NCBI GenBank assembly: GCA_051294375.1
Contig: JBJCIZ010000239.1
Coordinates: 5,134,255 to 5,198,254 of the forward strand
From: Paraspadella gotoi
Taxonomy: Eukaryota; Animalia; Chaetognatha
Direction of reading: 5' to 3'
Length of the DNA stretch: 64,000 nucleotides
Part shown: one piece after another, positions 51,071 through 64,000 of the stretch
Numbering within the stretch: the first letter of the stretch is position 1
Layout of the letters: each line of letters opens with the position of its first letter
The notes under the pieces: model-generated
Told to the model about the DNA's origin: nothing
What the model saw: the letters and a program-made list of their open reading frames with translations, nothing else
Databases searched by the model: none
Made by a program: the position numbers and the translations under genes

Positions 51071-52396
51071 CTTCCTTCTTTCCCTTTTTTTCGTGATTTC
51101 TCCTCATAAAATATATGTTTTGTCCGGTTTATCACGTGAACTTAAAAACGAGAGACGAAAGGCGAGGAGAGAGGAAGAAGAAGAGGAGGAGAAGAAGATT
51201 AGGAGGAGAATAAGGAGGAGGAGGACTTAGGGAGGAGGAGGAGAAGAGTAGGAGGAGCGAGCAGAAGGACCGAGGTGAGGTGAAAGGACTTGACTTGAAA
51301 TGAATAACGAGGGATCTTAAGTGAGAAAAACCGAGAGAGAGATGCGAGGAGAGAGAGAGAGAGAGAGTGAGAGAGGGAATCGAGAGCGAAGCAGAGAAGG
51401 ACTGTGAATACGAGGCATACCGAGTGATGATATTTTAGAAAAAGTTGAATTAGCAAATGACTTGAAGAAGAAAATAATGAAAAAAATAAAAAGGAGAAGA
51501 TGATGATGATGATGATGAATGATGATCGTGATGCTATAGAATGATGATGATTGATGATGATGATGATGAGATGATGAGATGGACGACGATTGTAAAAAAA
51601 CCAAGAATGCGCCCTGCTGTTTTAAAAGCGTTGTTTATGCATTATTAATAAGATGAGAAAGTGTAAGAGAGAAGGAGGAAGAGGAGAGAGAGAGAGAGAG
51701 AAGAATGAAGGGAAGAGAGAGAGATGAGATAGAATAATCCGCGGATTTTGAATAAGAAAAAAATGGTCCTCCATTCAGATGGTGATATCGATTCCTCCAT
51801 GACGACGATGACGACGACAACAGACGACGAAGTACGACGATGACCAACGACGGGCGGAGTTTCTAGATTTGGACATCCCGTTTTCACGACGCGAATGGTC
51901 CTCTGTCATTCGAAGCTCGATTCTTTCATTTTCTCTCTCTCCTCTTTCTTCTCTCCTCTCTCTCTCTGTCGCTCTCTCTCGTCTCTCTCTCCTCTCTCTC
52001 TCTCTCCACTACCCCTCCCTAGCTCCATTTCAATCTCGTCTCTAATCACGCCATTTTTGTTTCCATCAAGAAAAACGCTGCGTTCGTCTTTGCTTCCGAT
52101 TTATTTGTTATTTCCCGTTATTTTTATATTTTCGCTATTGGCGACTTTTTATCTCTTTCTCGCCCGCTCGCCCCTTGGATCCTCCTCTTCCTCTCCCTTC
52201 CTTCTTCTTCTTTCTCTCCTTCCTCAACTCAAAATCATTATTTTGATATTAAAATATTCAATATCGGTATATCGTTAGCTACATACTGAATTGAATTTAA
52301 ATTCGTACAAAAATGAATTTCATTGTTCATGTTATGTATAACAGGGGGAGGATTAAAGTAGAGAGAGAGAGAGAGAGCAGAGAGAGAGGACGAGAG

Positions 52397-52430
<34 letters not shown>

Positions 52431-53289
52431 CGAGAAGAAGAGAGAGAAGACGAGTGAGAGCAGAGACAATCCATACCGGTGATGAGAGAGAGAGAGAGAG
52501 AAGGAGTTATATTCAGTTGTCGCAATAGCGCCAACATGATGACGATGATGATAGATGAATATAAATGGTCGCCCTGTTCATTATAGTATAAGGCCCCATA
52601 TTGATTAGGGACGAATCTTTTTTACAGAACGGCCGCCCCGGCGCCGGCCGCGGGATTCTCGCCGGCCCTGCCTACTCGGCCGCCCGTTCCGACGCGCGAT
52701 AATCGGTTATGACTCTTGATTCATTAAATCGCGGGGCCCGGGGTGTGGAAAGGGGTTGGAGGTGCTGGGAATATTTAAGGGACTGTGTGTGAAATGGGGT
52801 TGGCAGTGTGGTGGAATATAGAGAATTGTGGTGGATAATTTGATGTGGGTTGTGGAATTGGTGATAGGGGTGGGAAAAATTTTTGGTTGGTTGTGGGCGA
52901 ATAGGGTGACGATGATGGAAATGTAATAGCGGTGGTTGGAAATGGGGTTAGGGTGGTGAAATATTAAGGAATTGTAGGTGGAAATTTGGACGTTGGTGGT
53001 GCTGAGATATGGATAGGGTGTGGGAATGTTGCGTGTGATTTGGTGGGGAAATGCCGGATGAACTGTGTGGAAATATGGGGTAACAAATAGCGGTGGTGGA
53101 AATGTGTATAGCCCTGTCTGGAACATGAGCATAGCGGATTGTAAAAAGTAGAGAGCTTGAAAGAACGTTATTTTTCGGCTAATTAGCTGATGTGATTTTA
53201 AAACTGCTAGTTTAAAACCTATGAGGAATTATTTTTTGACAAAACTTAAATCTTGCTTTTAAATTATGTTATAGAATTACTGTCTAGAT

Positions 53290-53420
53290 GTTTGATTGCT
53301 CGTTGATTTGCTCGTTGCTCTGCGTTGATTTGATTGCTCGATGCTTGCTTGATTGATTACTTGATTGCTTGCCTTGAATGATTATTATCGGCTTGAATGC
53401 TTGATTGAATGGATTGGTAG
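53290..53420 (+). repeat. Degenerate (ttgattgc)n repeat (mirror at about 54860-54990)
   Basis: Directly visible. Confidence 0.75.
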
Positions 53421-53535
53421 TAGATTGAAAGGCCTAAATAATTGTCCGAGCTCTTCTCCTTCTCTCCGTGTGCTTCCCTCGATTCGCCTCCATTAATCCC
53501 ACGCATTCCTCTCCCTCTCTCTCCTCTCTCTCTCT

Positions 53536-53611
<76 letters not shown>

Positions 53612-53718
53612 AAAGTATATGTATCTCCGTCAAGCAATGGCATACTGAGGCATCGAATGACTTATATTCCATATTTGGGTATAAAAAACATCATCCAGCG
53701 TCGTAACATTAGGCGTTG

Positions 53719-53771
<53 letters not shown>

Positions 53772-53774
53772 GAG

Positions 53775-53812
<38 letters not shown>

Positions 53813-54483
53813 ACTCATGACTCATTAAGATCCGCACAAATTTCTACTTCTGTGAGCACAGCGGTTGGGTGACTAAAATCTGGAGATGGAAAAAGAAGGG
53901 AAAAATAAAATGTACAATGTACGAGAATAATTATAACGATTAATAGTCAAAACTCAGTATCAAAATGATAACAATATTCTTTTCTTAATTATTTTATTTT
54001 ATTATGATGTTCTAACCTGGTCACAAGACTAGACAAGACATGTTGATTGTTAAATTACAACTTTGCTTACAAGTTTGCACAGTTCCGTTTCCTTTTTCTC
54101 GTCGAATAAAAAAAAATAACAATCTCACACTTTTATGTTATCAATCGGTCGAACACTTTCAATAACACTCAGTTAGTGATAGCACTCTTATCATTCCATC
54201 ACNNNNNNNNNNCTATCACGCGTGACTCTCTGCCCGTCGCCTGAGACAACTTCTCTCACATAAATCACGAATCATTTTCCACTTCGTTTTCTCTCTGACG
54301 AGAAGTAACGATGCCTCACAGACGGACGAACGGACGGACGGACGGACGGACCGAATCAAAAAACCTGATCACCTCAGAAGTCGTAAAGCGATTATCACCA
54401 CCGATTCGGAATCAGAGTCGACGCCCTCCCCGTTTCTCTCTCTCTCTNNNNNNNNNNNNNNNNNNNNNNNNNCTCTCTCTCTT

Positions 54484-54539
<56 letters not shown>

Positions 54540-54658
54540 GCTCTCTCTTCTCTCTCTCCAACGCCTTAATTTACGACGCTGATGATGTTTTTACCCAAAT
54601 ATGGATATAAGTCATCCAATGCCTCAGATGCCTGCTTTGACGGAGATACATATACTTT

Positions 54659-54722
<64 letters not shown>

Positions 54723-57522
54723 GAGAGAAGAGAAGAGAGAGAGGGAGAGAGAGAGAGGAGAGACGGAGATGCGTGGATTAATGGAGGCGAATCGATGGAA
54801 GCACACGGAAGAGAAGGAGAAGAGCGTGACACTATTATTAGGCCTTTTTCAATTCTTACCAATCATTCAACTCAAGCATTTCAAGCCATATAAAATCAAT
54901 CAAGCAGCAATCAAGTAATCAATCAAGCAAGCAATTCGAGAAATCAAATCAACGCAGGCAATCGAAGCAAATCGAACGAGCAATTCAAACCATCAGACAG
55001 TAATTCTATTAAACAAATTCTACAAACAAGAAATTTAGTTTGTCAACAAAAATTCGCTCTAGTAGGTTTAAACTAGCAAGTTTTTAAATATCATCATCGC
55101 TAATATACCGAAAAATAACGGTTCTTTTCAAAGTCTCTATTTATTTTTTTACAAACCGCTATGGCCTTCATATTCCAGCAGGGGCATATCACACATTATC
55201 CACCACCGCTATTTGTTACCCCATAATTTCACCACATTTCATCCCGCATTGTTCAGCCACAACAACCAACATTTTTCCCACCCTATCCAATTCATCACAA
55301 CCACCATCCAAATTTCCAAGCATTCCTTATATTCTCACCCTAACCCATTTTCCACCACCGCTATTACTATTTCCATCATCGTCACCCTATTTCCCCACAA
55401 CGAACCAACATTTTTCCCACCCCTATTCCCAATTTCCACCCACCCAATACCACCACATATATCCACCACTCCACCCATTTCCACGAAGTCTCTTAATATT
55501 CCAGCACCTCCACATTCCCCACAGTCTTATTACCCAACCCTTATCCAACCTTTCAACCGCGCGCCGCCGCTTGCATTTTAATGTAAGAGTCCATAACCGA
55601 TTAGTCTGCTTCGATACGGCGGGAGACCGGGGCACAGGCCGGAGATTCGCGCACGGGCCGGGAATCCGGGCCGTTGCGCGGGTGCCGTATTTTAAGTTAA
55701 AAGAAGATTCGTCCTCTCAATATGGGGCCTGTGGAGCATATATAATGGAATCAGGGCGGACCATTTTATATTCTCTCATAATCATCATCGTCAGTTCATC
55801 GTTGGGCCTATTTCTGCGACACATTAATATAACTCCTTTCTCTCTCTCTTCTCTCCTCTCTCTTCTCTCTCTCTCTTCTCTCTCTTCTCTCTCTCTCTCT
55901 TTCTCTCCTCTTTCTCTCTTCTCCTCTCTCGTCTCTCTCTCCTCTCCTCTCTCTTTACTTATCTCTCCCCCTGTTATACATATACATAACAAATGAAAAT
56001 TTTCATTTTGTGTACGAATTAAATTAATCAGTATCGGGCTGAACATATACTGAATTAATATTTAATATCAAAATAATATTTTGAGTTGAGGAAGGAAGAG
56101 AAAGAAGAAGAAGGAGGGGAAGGAAAGGAGGATCCAAGGGGGCGAGCAGGCGAGAAGAGATAAAAAGTCGCCATAGCGAAAATATAAAAATAACGGGAAA
56201 TAACAAATAATGCGGAACGGAACAAAGAACGAACGACGCTGTTTTATTGATGGAAACAAAATGTGCGTCGATTAGAGACTAGAGATTGACAATGGAGCTA
56301 GGGAGGTAGGAGAGAGGAGTGAGAGAGAGATGAGAGAGAGAAGAGAGAGATGAGAGATCGACAGAGAGAGGAGAGGCGAGAGAGAGAGGAGAGAGAGACG
56401 AGAGACGAAAAGAAAGATATCGAGCTTTTCTCGAATGACAGAGGACCATTTCGCGTTCGTTGAAAGCGGATTCCCAAAATCAGAACTCCGCCCCGGTGCG
56501 TTGTTTCATTTCGTCGTTCTTCGTCGTCCTGTCGATCGGTCTCGTCGTTTCATCGTCGCTCATGAGAGGTATCGATTACCATTCTGAATGGGACCAGTTT
56601 TTTTATCAAATCGCGATTATTTCTAATCTACTCCTTTCTCTTCTCTCCTCTCTTCTCTTCTTACATTTCTCATCTTATTAATAATCATTAAACACGCTTA
56701 CAGCAGGCGCATTCTTGGGTTTTTTAATCTCGTATCATCATCATCATCATCATCATCATCATACATCTCATCATATCATTAATCATACATCATATCATCA
56801 TTCATCATCACTCTTCTCTTTTTATTTTCATTATTTTCATCTTCAATGATTTGCTAATTCAACTTTTTGTTAACATGCACCTTTCTAGTATTTCCTCGCT
56901 CTCTCTCTCTCTCGCTCCTCTCGTCTCTCTTCTCTCGTTCCCTCCTCTCTCCGGGTTTTCGCACTTAAGATCTCCGTTTTTTCATTCAAGTCAGTCCTTT
57001 CACCTCCACCTCCGGTCCTTCTCCTCCTCCTACTCATTCCTCCTCCTCTTCCCTATCCTCTCCTCCTCATTCTCCTGCCTACGTCTTCTTCCTCCTCCTC
57101 TTCTTCTTCCTCTCTCCTCCCTTTCGTCTTTCCGGTTTTAAGTTCACGTGGTACGGCAAAACTTTTTGCGAAATCACGGAAAAGAGGGAAGAGAAGGAAT
57201 GGAGAGAATGAATAGAGGCTAAGAATAATACGAAAATGTAAATATGAACTAATGAATGGCTGGGTTTGATAGGAATGAATGAACGATTAACGATAATAAT
57301 GAGATAAATGATAATGAATTGATATGAATGTGAATGAATATGAATGAAATGATGGATAATGAATGATGAATAGAATGATATGAATATGCATGAGATGAAG
57401 ATGACATGCAATGAATGAATGAATGAACGAATGATGATGAATGAATGATACCAATTGGACAGAATTTGCACGCATGAACGGTTGAGCGACATGAGAGAAA
57501 ACAGTTAGTGGACAGAGAGACT

Positions 57523-57565
<43 letters not shown>

Positions 57566-57570
57566 TCTTT

Positions 57571-57608
<38 letters not shown>

Positions 57609-58661
57609 GGAAAAAGAAGCTTAAATCTCTCCCGCCCATCTACCCGGATGATATCCCCGCAGATCGCTCTTTCTCTCACAAACGCATCATCGGGATTATA
57701 GAACCCTGAGAGAGAAAGAGGAGGTCAGCGTGTTCGTCGTCGTCGAAGAAAAGGGAATCAGCATCAGCCAATCAAACGCGATGCATAGAAACTCACCAAT
57801 AGAGGAATCAGCCAATACAGGACGGAATCAGCCAATCGAGAACGGGAATCAGCCAATCAAGGAAAAGCCATCGCGAAATCAGAAACAGGAACGAAACGAA
57901 TAGCCACATCAGGAAGCGGAATTAGCAATCAGGAACGCGAATCAGCCCAATACCTCAGGACACGGAATCATAGGAACCGAAATCAGCAATCGACGGATAC
58001 AATCAATCCAGATCCCAATCAGGAACCGGAAATAAGCCAATCAGAACGGAACAGCCAATCATGAGCGAAAGAAACGACTGTTAAATTCAACACATAAGTA
58101 AAAGTTGTGTAACTAGGTTAACGATCATTAGGTTGATGAAAATTATCCATTATTTTAATGAAATAAGCTTATTCTGTGCCCTGATCTTGAACAGCTTTCC
58201 GGATTATCCCCGCAGATCGCTCTTCTCTCACAAACGCATCATCGGATTTAGAACCTGAGAAGAGAAAGAGAGAGGTCAGCGTCGTCGTCGTCGTCGAAGA
58301 AAAGGAATCAGCCAATCAGGAACTGAATCAGCCACATAAGGAACGATTGCCCACATCGGAACGGAATCAGCCAATCAGATAAGCGGAATTAAGCCAATCA
58401 GGAAGCTGAATCAGCCAAACCTCAGGAACGGATATCAACCAATCAGGAACGGAAATAGACAATAAGAACGGATATCAGCCAAATAGGACACGGAATTAGC
58501 CATCAGGAACGGAATCAGCCAATCAGGAACGGAATAAGCCAATCAGGAACGGAATCAGCCAATCATGAGAAAGAAAACGACTGTTAAATTCAACACAATA
58601 AGTAAAAGTGTAACTAGGTAACGATCATTATGAAAATTATCCATTTATTTAATGAATAAGC

Positions 58662-58873
58662 TATCTTGCCCCTGACTTTGAACAGGCTTTGGTGGTTTAA
58701 GGCCTCCATCACTCTTACAAGATAATGACATAGCAGGTCCCTGCAAGCTTTTAATCAAGACTTTCTCACAGTCTCGTTTATTCACTCCCAGATTTCCTGG
58801 CTTCTCATTAAATTTCTTACATGTGATAGAGGTTTTAAACCACTAAAGCCTGTCCAAAGTTAGGGGCAAGATA
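58662..58873 (+). mobile_element. ~210-bp MITE with ~40-bp TIRs and TA at both ends (Tc1/mariner-like signature)
   Basis: TAtcttgcccctgactttgaacaggctttggtggtttaa ... ttaaaccactaaagcctgtccaaagttaggggcaagaTA. Related fragments at 36140, 39441 and about 7965. Confidence 0.75.
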
Positions 58874-60206
58874 ATTTAGTTATTGAATGGATGGATAATT
58901 TTTATATTAGTTGTACCATTTTCATAAATAAAATGCTATTTTAATTACAAAAGGAATATCATCGATTACAACAGCAACAACAACAACAACGACGACAAAA
59001 ACTTTCACTGGTGATCCGCTTCTCCATCGAACTAAATCCTCCTCTCACTTTGAGGATTTCCGGTGGCCGACGTTTGCATCCGACGCCGGTTGGAATTTCC
59101 GTGTCTTGCTGTCAGAGAGAGAGAGAGATAGAGAGNNNNNNNNNNNNNNNNNNNNNNNNNNNNNNNNNNNNNNNNNNNNNNNNNNNNNNNNNNNNNNNNN
59201 NNNNNNNNNNNNNNNNNNNNNNNNNNNNNNNNNNNNNNNNNNNNNNNNNNNNNNNNNNNNNNNNNNNNNNNNNNNNNNNNNNNNNNNNNNNNNNNNNNNN
59301 NNNNNNNNNNNNNNNNNNNNNNNNNNNNNNNNNNNNNNNNNNNNNNNNNNNNNNNNNNNNNNNNNNNNNNNNNNNNNNNNNNNNNNNNNNNNNNNNNNNN
59401 NNNNNNNNNNNNNNNNNNNNNNNNNNNNNNNNNNNNNNNNNNNNNNNNNNNNNNNNNNNNNNNNNNNTCCCTCAACCTATTTGACACCTTGACCACCCTC
59501 CTTTCCCCCACTACCCACTCCTCTCAAGAAAATCGAGGTTGTCACGTGACCTGGCGATCGAATTCGGGCGGAGTCGTCGCGAGGGAAGNNNNNNNNNNNN
59601 NNNNNNNNNNNNNNNNNNNNNNNNNNNNNNNNNNNNNNNNNNNNNNNNNNNNNNNNNNNNNNNNNNNNNNNNNNNNNNNNNNNNNNNNNNNNNNNNNNNN
59701 NNNNNNNNNNNNNNNNNNNNNNNNNNNNNNNNNNNNNNNNNNNNNNNNNNNNNNNNNNNNNNNNNNNNNNNNNNNNNNNNNNNNNNNNNNNNNNNNNNNN
59801 NNNNNNNNNNNNNNNNNNNNNNNNNNNNNNNNNNNNNNNNNNNNNNNNNNNNNNNNNNNNNNNNNNNNNNNNNGAGAGGAAGGGAGAGAGGAAGAGACGG
59901 TGAAGGAGAGAGAAGAGAGGGAGAAAAGAAGAGAGGGAGAGAGGGAGGGAAGGGAGAGAGAGAGAGAGAAACGGAAAGAGGGAGCGAAAGAGGAAGGGAT
60001 AGAGGTAGAAGGAGAGGAGAGAGGGAGAAAAGAAGAGAGGGAGAGAAAGAGAAAAGGAGAGAGGGAGGAAAGAGAGAGTGAGAGAGGAAGGAAGAAGAGA
60101 GGGAGAAAAGAAGAGCGGGAGAGGGAGATGGAGGAAGAAAAGAGGCATAGGGAAAGAAAAAGAGGAAGAAAAATAGGAAAGGATAGAGTGAGAAGGAGAG
60201 AAGGTA

Positions 60207-60345
60207 GGGAAGAGGAGGATAGAAGGATAGAGAAGATAGATACTAAAGTGGGAAGAGGAGGATAGAAGGATAGAGAAGATGGATACTAAAGTGGGAAGAG
60301 GATGAGAGAAGGACAGAGAAAATAGATACAAAAGTGGGAAGAGGG
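60207..60345 (+). repeat. ~44-bp tandem repeat x3 (gggaagaggaggatagaaggatagagaagatagatactaaagt-like)
   Basis: Directly visible; absent from the mirrored position (about 48815) in the left arm. Confidence 0.8.
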
Positions 60346-62179
60346 AACAAGTCATCTTCGCACCAACAATTACCGTGATTACAACAATCAAAACAACAAC
60401 GACAACAACGACAACAACAACGACTACAAAAACACGGGAACAAAGGAAAATGCAAAACTAACCAACATTGCATTTTATCCCCAATTTGTTAAATTAGGAA
60501 AAAAACTTCAAGGAATTTTGTTAATCATAGTCAGTCAGTTCGTAGTTAATATAACAAATTAGCAACATATCCTTAAATATCCTATACCGACCGCACCTTT
60601 GTCCACTAAATATCCACAACTCCCCCNNNNNNNNNNNNNNNNNNNNNNNNNNNNNNNNNNNNNNNNNNNNNNNNNNNNNNNNNNNNNNNNNNNNNNNNNN
60701 NNNNNNNNNNNNNNNNNNNNNNNNNNNNNNNNNNNNNNNNNNNNNNNNNNNNNNNNNNNNNNNNNNNNNNNNNNNNNNNNNNNNNNNNNNNNNNNNNNNN
60801 NNNNNNNNNNNNNNNNNNNNNNNNNNNNNNNNNNNNNNNNNNNAGAAGGGAGAGGGAGAGGAGAGAGAGAGATATATATACATATATAATATATATATCT
60901 TCTTATCATCACAATGAATTTTATTTTAAAATTCCCAATGCTGGAGTAATGAAAAAGTTAATTCCACATAGCACGAATCTGATAGAAAACAGTCGCAATC
61001 GTCCACCTGACCACCTGACCACATGACCACATGACCATAAGACAACCTAACCACCTGACTACCTAACCACCTGACTACCTGACCACCTGACCACATGACC
61101 ATCTCACCTCTCTCTTTTCCTCACCTTTCACTGATCGCTACGGGATTTGATTGATTAGTTTCGGTTGACGTCGACGCTGTTATCCGTAGGAAGCCTNNNN
61201 NNNNNNNNNNNNNNNNNNNNNNNNNNNNNNNNNNNNNNNNNNNNNNNNNNNNNNNNNNNNNNNNNNNNNNNNNNNNNNNNNNNNNNNNNNNNNNNNNNNN
61301 NNNNNNNNNNNNNNNNNNNNNNNNNNNNNNNNNNNNNNNNNNNNNNNNNNNNNNNNNNNNNNNNNNNNGGCGCTTGAAACATTATATGGTAGATGGTTCT
61401 TACCTTTTGTCAGTTGTTCGATTTTTTTTCTTATTCTGCGCGACAAAATAAAAAAAAAAAAAAAAAAATGTGAAAGGCGAGCGATAAGTTAAACACTTTT
61501 ATTTGAAGCTCGATTTATAAAAGTAGCTTTTGGTACTCCCCGGCTTTAGAATCGTTAGTGTTTATAAAATTCCCTATTTTTTTAGCCTGTGAATATACTG
61601 TTGTCTCTTGCAACTTTTTTATTCTTTATTTTTGCCTAAGGAATTGCACCACGACAATTTAGTGAGATGGAAGTTTTAAGGACGTGATTTTATGACTATA
61701 TGTTCGTGGGCGCACGATGAGTGCCTTTTGTGTATACGTATGTGCAGACTGTGACATTACGTATGCATAGCGCCGACGCATTGTTGGGCAACGAAGTGTA
61801 CATTGCGTGTAACAGCAAAAAATATTTAAAGAGAAAAGGATGAAATGATTAAAGATTATAGAGTTAGAGAGGTGAGAGAGTGGATGAAAGAAGCAAGACT
61901 ACAGAGAGATGCATGAGAGAGAAGAGAGCAGTAAAGAGAGAGAGCAGAGAGAAGAGGAGGAGGAGAGAGAAGAGAAAGGAGAGAGAGAGAGAGAGAGAGG
62001 GATGGAGAGAGAGGGAGAGAGAGAGAGAAGAGAGAGAAAGTCGCTGATTTGCAACGAAAAGTTAGCGGATTTCATTTCCTGCAAAGGTGAATGCGGATTG
62101 AGATGGCAAGAGGGGTAGAAGAGAGGTGTGGTGTGTTTAATGGCTGATGGTTAAAAATCTCTCTCTCTCTCGTCTCTCT

Positions 62180-62232
<53 letters not shown>

Positions 62233-63002
62233 AAAAAAAGAAAAAAAAAGAAGATCCTCGCTCAAAAACGAAGACGGAGAAATGAAAAGATTATCTCTCC
62301 AAATTGAAAACCCAAAAAATGGTTAACGTCGTCGAGGAAGTTCAGTGACTCGGTCGAATATGAAATATTGACGGAAAAATGAACTCGTTCGCCTCCTCGT
62401 CTCGCTTTTGTGCGTCTCTCACTCTCGTCTCTCATGTCCTCTTTGCTGCGTAGATGTTCTCTCTCTGTCTCTTTCAACCTCTGTCTCTCAATCCTCTTTT
62501 CGCTGCCGGGTTTGATGTCTCTCTCTGTCTCTCTTTTAAAAAAAATTATAATTAGACTCGTACTTACTTTTTCTTTATTTCTACGGCATCTCTTATTGTA
62601 TCATAATGTTTGTCATGATCATAAAACCTAAATATGTGTTCGTTAACTTAACAATACATGTACAAGACTTAATATGATTAAATATTTGCTTAACTTACTT
62701 GCCAAACCCAAAGCGTTGTCGCGGACAAAATCTCAGATTACGTCGAAAAAAAAAAGTGGTTAAGATTCGCTCCCTCTGTCCCTCTATCCTATTTTAGTTT
62801 AGGGTCCCGCCAGGAGGGGGAGCCGGTGTAGAATATCCCATGAGGGGTAAGGAGAGGGTAAGGAGACAGGGGGGGAAAGGGGTCAAGCGAGGTCATGACC
62901 CCGGGCCGAAAAAAATTTGGAGCGATGGACGTGAAGGGGGGAAGGTTGACGAGTCATATTTGACAAGGGATCTCAGCGGGGAAGGGAAAATGGTCGAATG
63001 AT

Positions 63003-63350
63003 GAGCCTTATTTTCCTAGAATGCCCCATTTTATCTTAAATTCGAAATTAAGTTAAAGATCAGGTTAGAGGTTAGGGTTAGGGATTATGGTTGGGGATTG
63101 GGTAAGTGATTAAGGTTTCGTGATTAAGGTTAGGGAATTGGGTAAGGGACTAGTATTTAAAGGTTAAAAATTATTTAAGGGTTAAAAATTAGGGATAAGG
63201 GATTTAAGATTATTGTTCAGGATTAGTTTATATTAGTTTATATTAGTTTATAAATTAAAAAATATACTTAGGTTAAAATTAATTAATTTAATTAATTAAT
63301 AAAATTAATTTCTGGGAAAAACGAACGGCACTCTCGGAAAAGCGAGCCCT
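63003..63350 (-). mobile_element. TTAGGG-rich MITE-like element, reverse copy of the CCCTAA family
   Basis: Imperfect inverted ends gagccttattttcctagaatgcc ... ggcactctcggaaaagcgagccc around degenerate ggttag/ttaggg repeats. Confidence 0.6.
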
Positions 63351-64000
63351 TAAATGTGATAGGACGCTGCGGCGGCAGCGGCAGCGGAAGCGGCAGTGAC
63401 TGCGTCATTCCCTGCAGCACCAGCAGTAGCGGCAGCACACTGTGTATCAGCAGAAGCAGCGGAATTGATTATCTTAAACTAATACTGATTTCAAGATAAT
63501 CTATCTGAATCGTAAATATATACTAAATTTTACAAAAGCGAAATCTAATTTTCTTGAAAATAAGCTACGTATTTATCATCGCAGGAGATCAATCGCACCA
63601 GAGGGCAATCGCCGAATGCTGATTGGCTGAGCCGGAACCGAAATCGACCAATCAGCATGCAAGAACCATTGAACTGTCAAAATCACTCTTGCCTCCGATC
63701 CTCTCTCTCAGATATAAATAGACTTAGCTTTCCTCAGTTTCAGTAGCATTGATCGAGACTCCTGCGTGCGTCTCACCGTCACCATTATTATTCTCAGAAT
63801 AAATCACGTCTGATTTCGTCCATAGAAATCCATGAGTTTTTCCTTCAATGTGGTGGCAGCGGTGGGATTCGAGTGAACCAATGAAAAGTGACTTTTGAAT
63901 TTTAAAACGTAATACCAATGACTAATACCGATAAGCGCGATGATATTATCGTATATACGACAACCAAATCGGCAACTGCGAGGGCAACGGAGACGACGAT

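Larger units (their letters stand above)
46537..53812 (+). repeat. Left arm of a ~7.5-kb inverted duplication
   Basis: Reverse-complement match to 54473-62500 throughout (e.g. 53700 vs 54560, 49370 vs 59545, 46650 vs 62330). Confidence 0.9.
54473..62500 (-). repeat. Right arm of the inverted duplication
   Basis: Mirror of 46537-53812; contains four N gaps and an internal ~550-bp tandem re-duplication (57645-58198 vs 58199-58690). Confidence 0.9.

Noticed and set aside
53812-54472. SMRTbell adapter at the palindrome centre
   Set aside because: No recognisable adapter sequence; the spacer is about 630 bp of genomic-looking DNA with gaps.
8388-62631. Dozens of 60-300 aa ORFs rich in SL, ER, FFLS, R, T, V or X
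   Set aside because: Translations of (GA)n, (TTTC)n, (GTC)n, (ATTC)n microsatellites or N gaps; no coding complexity.
63360-63918. Ala-rich frame at 63363-63482 and ORF 63724..63918
   Set aside because: No recognisable homology or convincing pair of splice sites; insufficient support for a CDS call.

Overview
AT-rich, microsatellite-dense eukaryotic (probably invertebrate animal) genomic scaffold; I cannot name the species. There are no prokaryotic genes, rRNA or CRISPR, and almost all ORFs in the supplied track are translations of (GA)n/(GTC)n/(TTTC)n microsatellites or N gaps. Supported biology: (1) two phase-compatible minus-strand exons (5836-5680, 3072-2866) encoding a signal-peptide protein with a duplicated C-x5-C-x15-CC module that I cannot assign to a family; (2) a DINE-1/HINE-like non-autonomous Helentron family (about 6 copies) with two filled-versus-empty T-run sites inside the window; (3) a TTAA-targeting MITE family with one filled/empty site; (4) a 5'-truncated Penelope-like fragment with an inverted copy of its 3' region; (5) further MITEs and minisatellites. 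Much of the window is redundant: three direct copies of one locus (about 8385-15168, 15169-26880, 27054-35822) and two inverted duplications (37180-37790 vs 42020-42860; 46537-53812 vs 54473-62500). Indel noise, identical noisy text and 25-N gaps point to long-read gap-filling artefacts that stack alternative haplotypes, not real segmental duplications.
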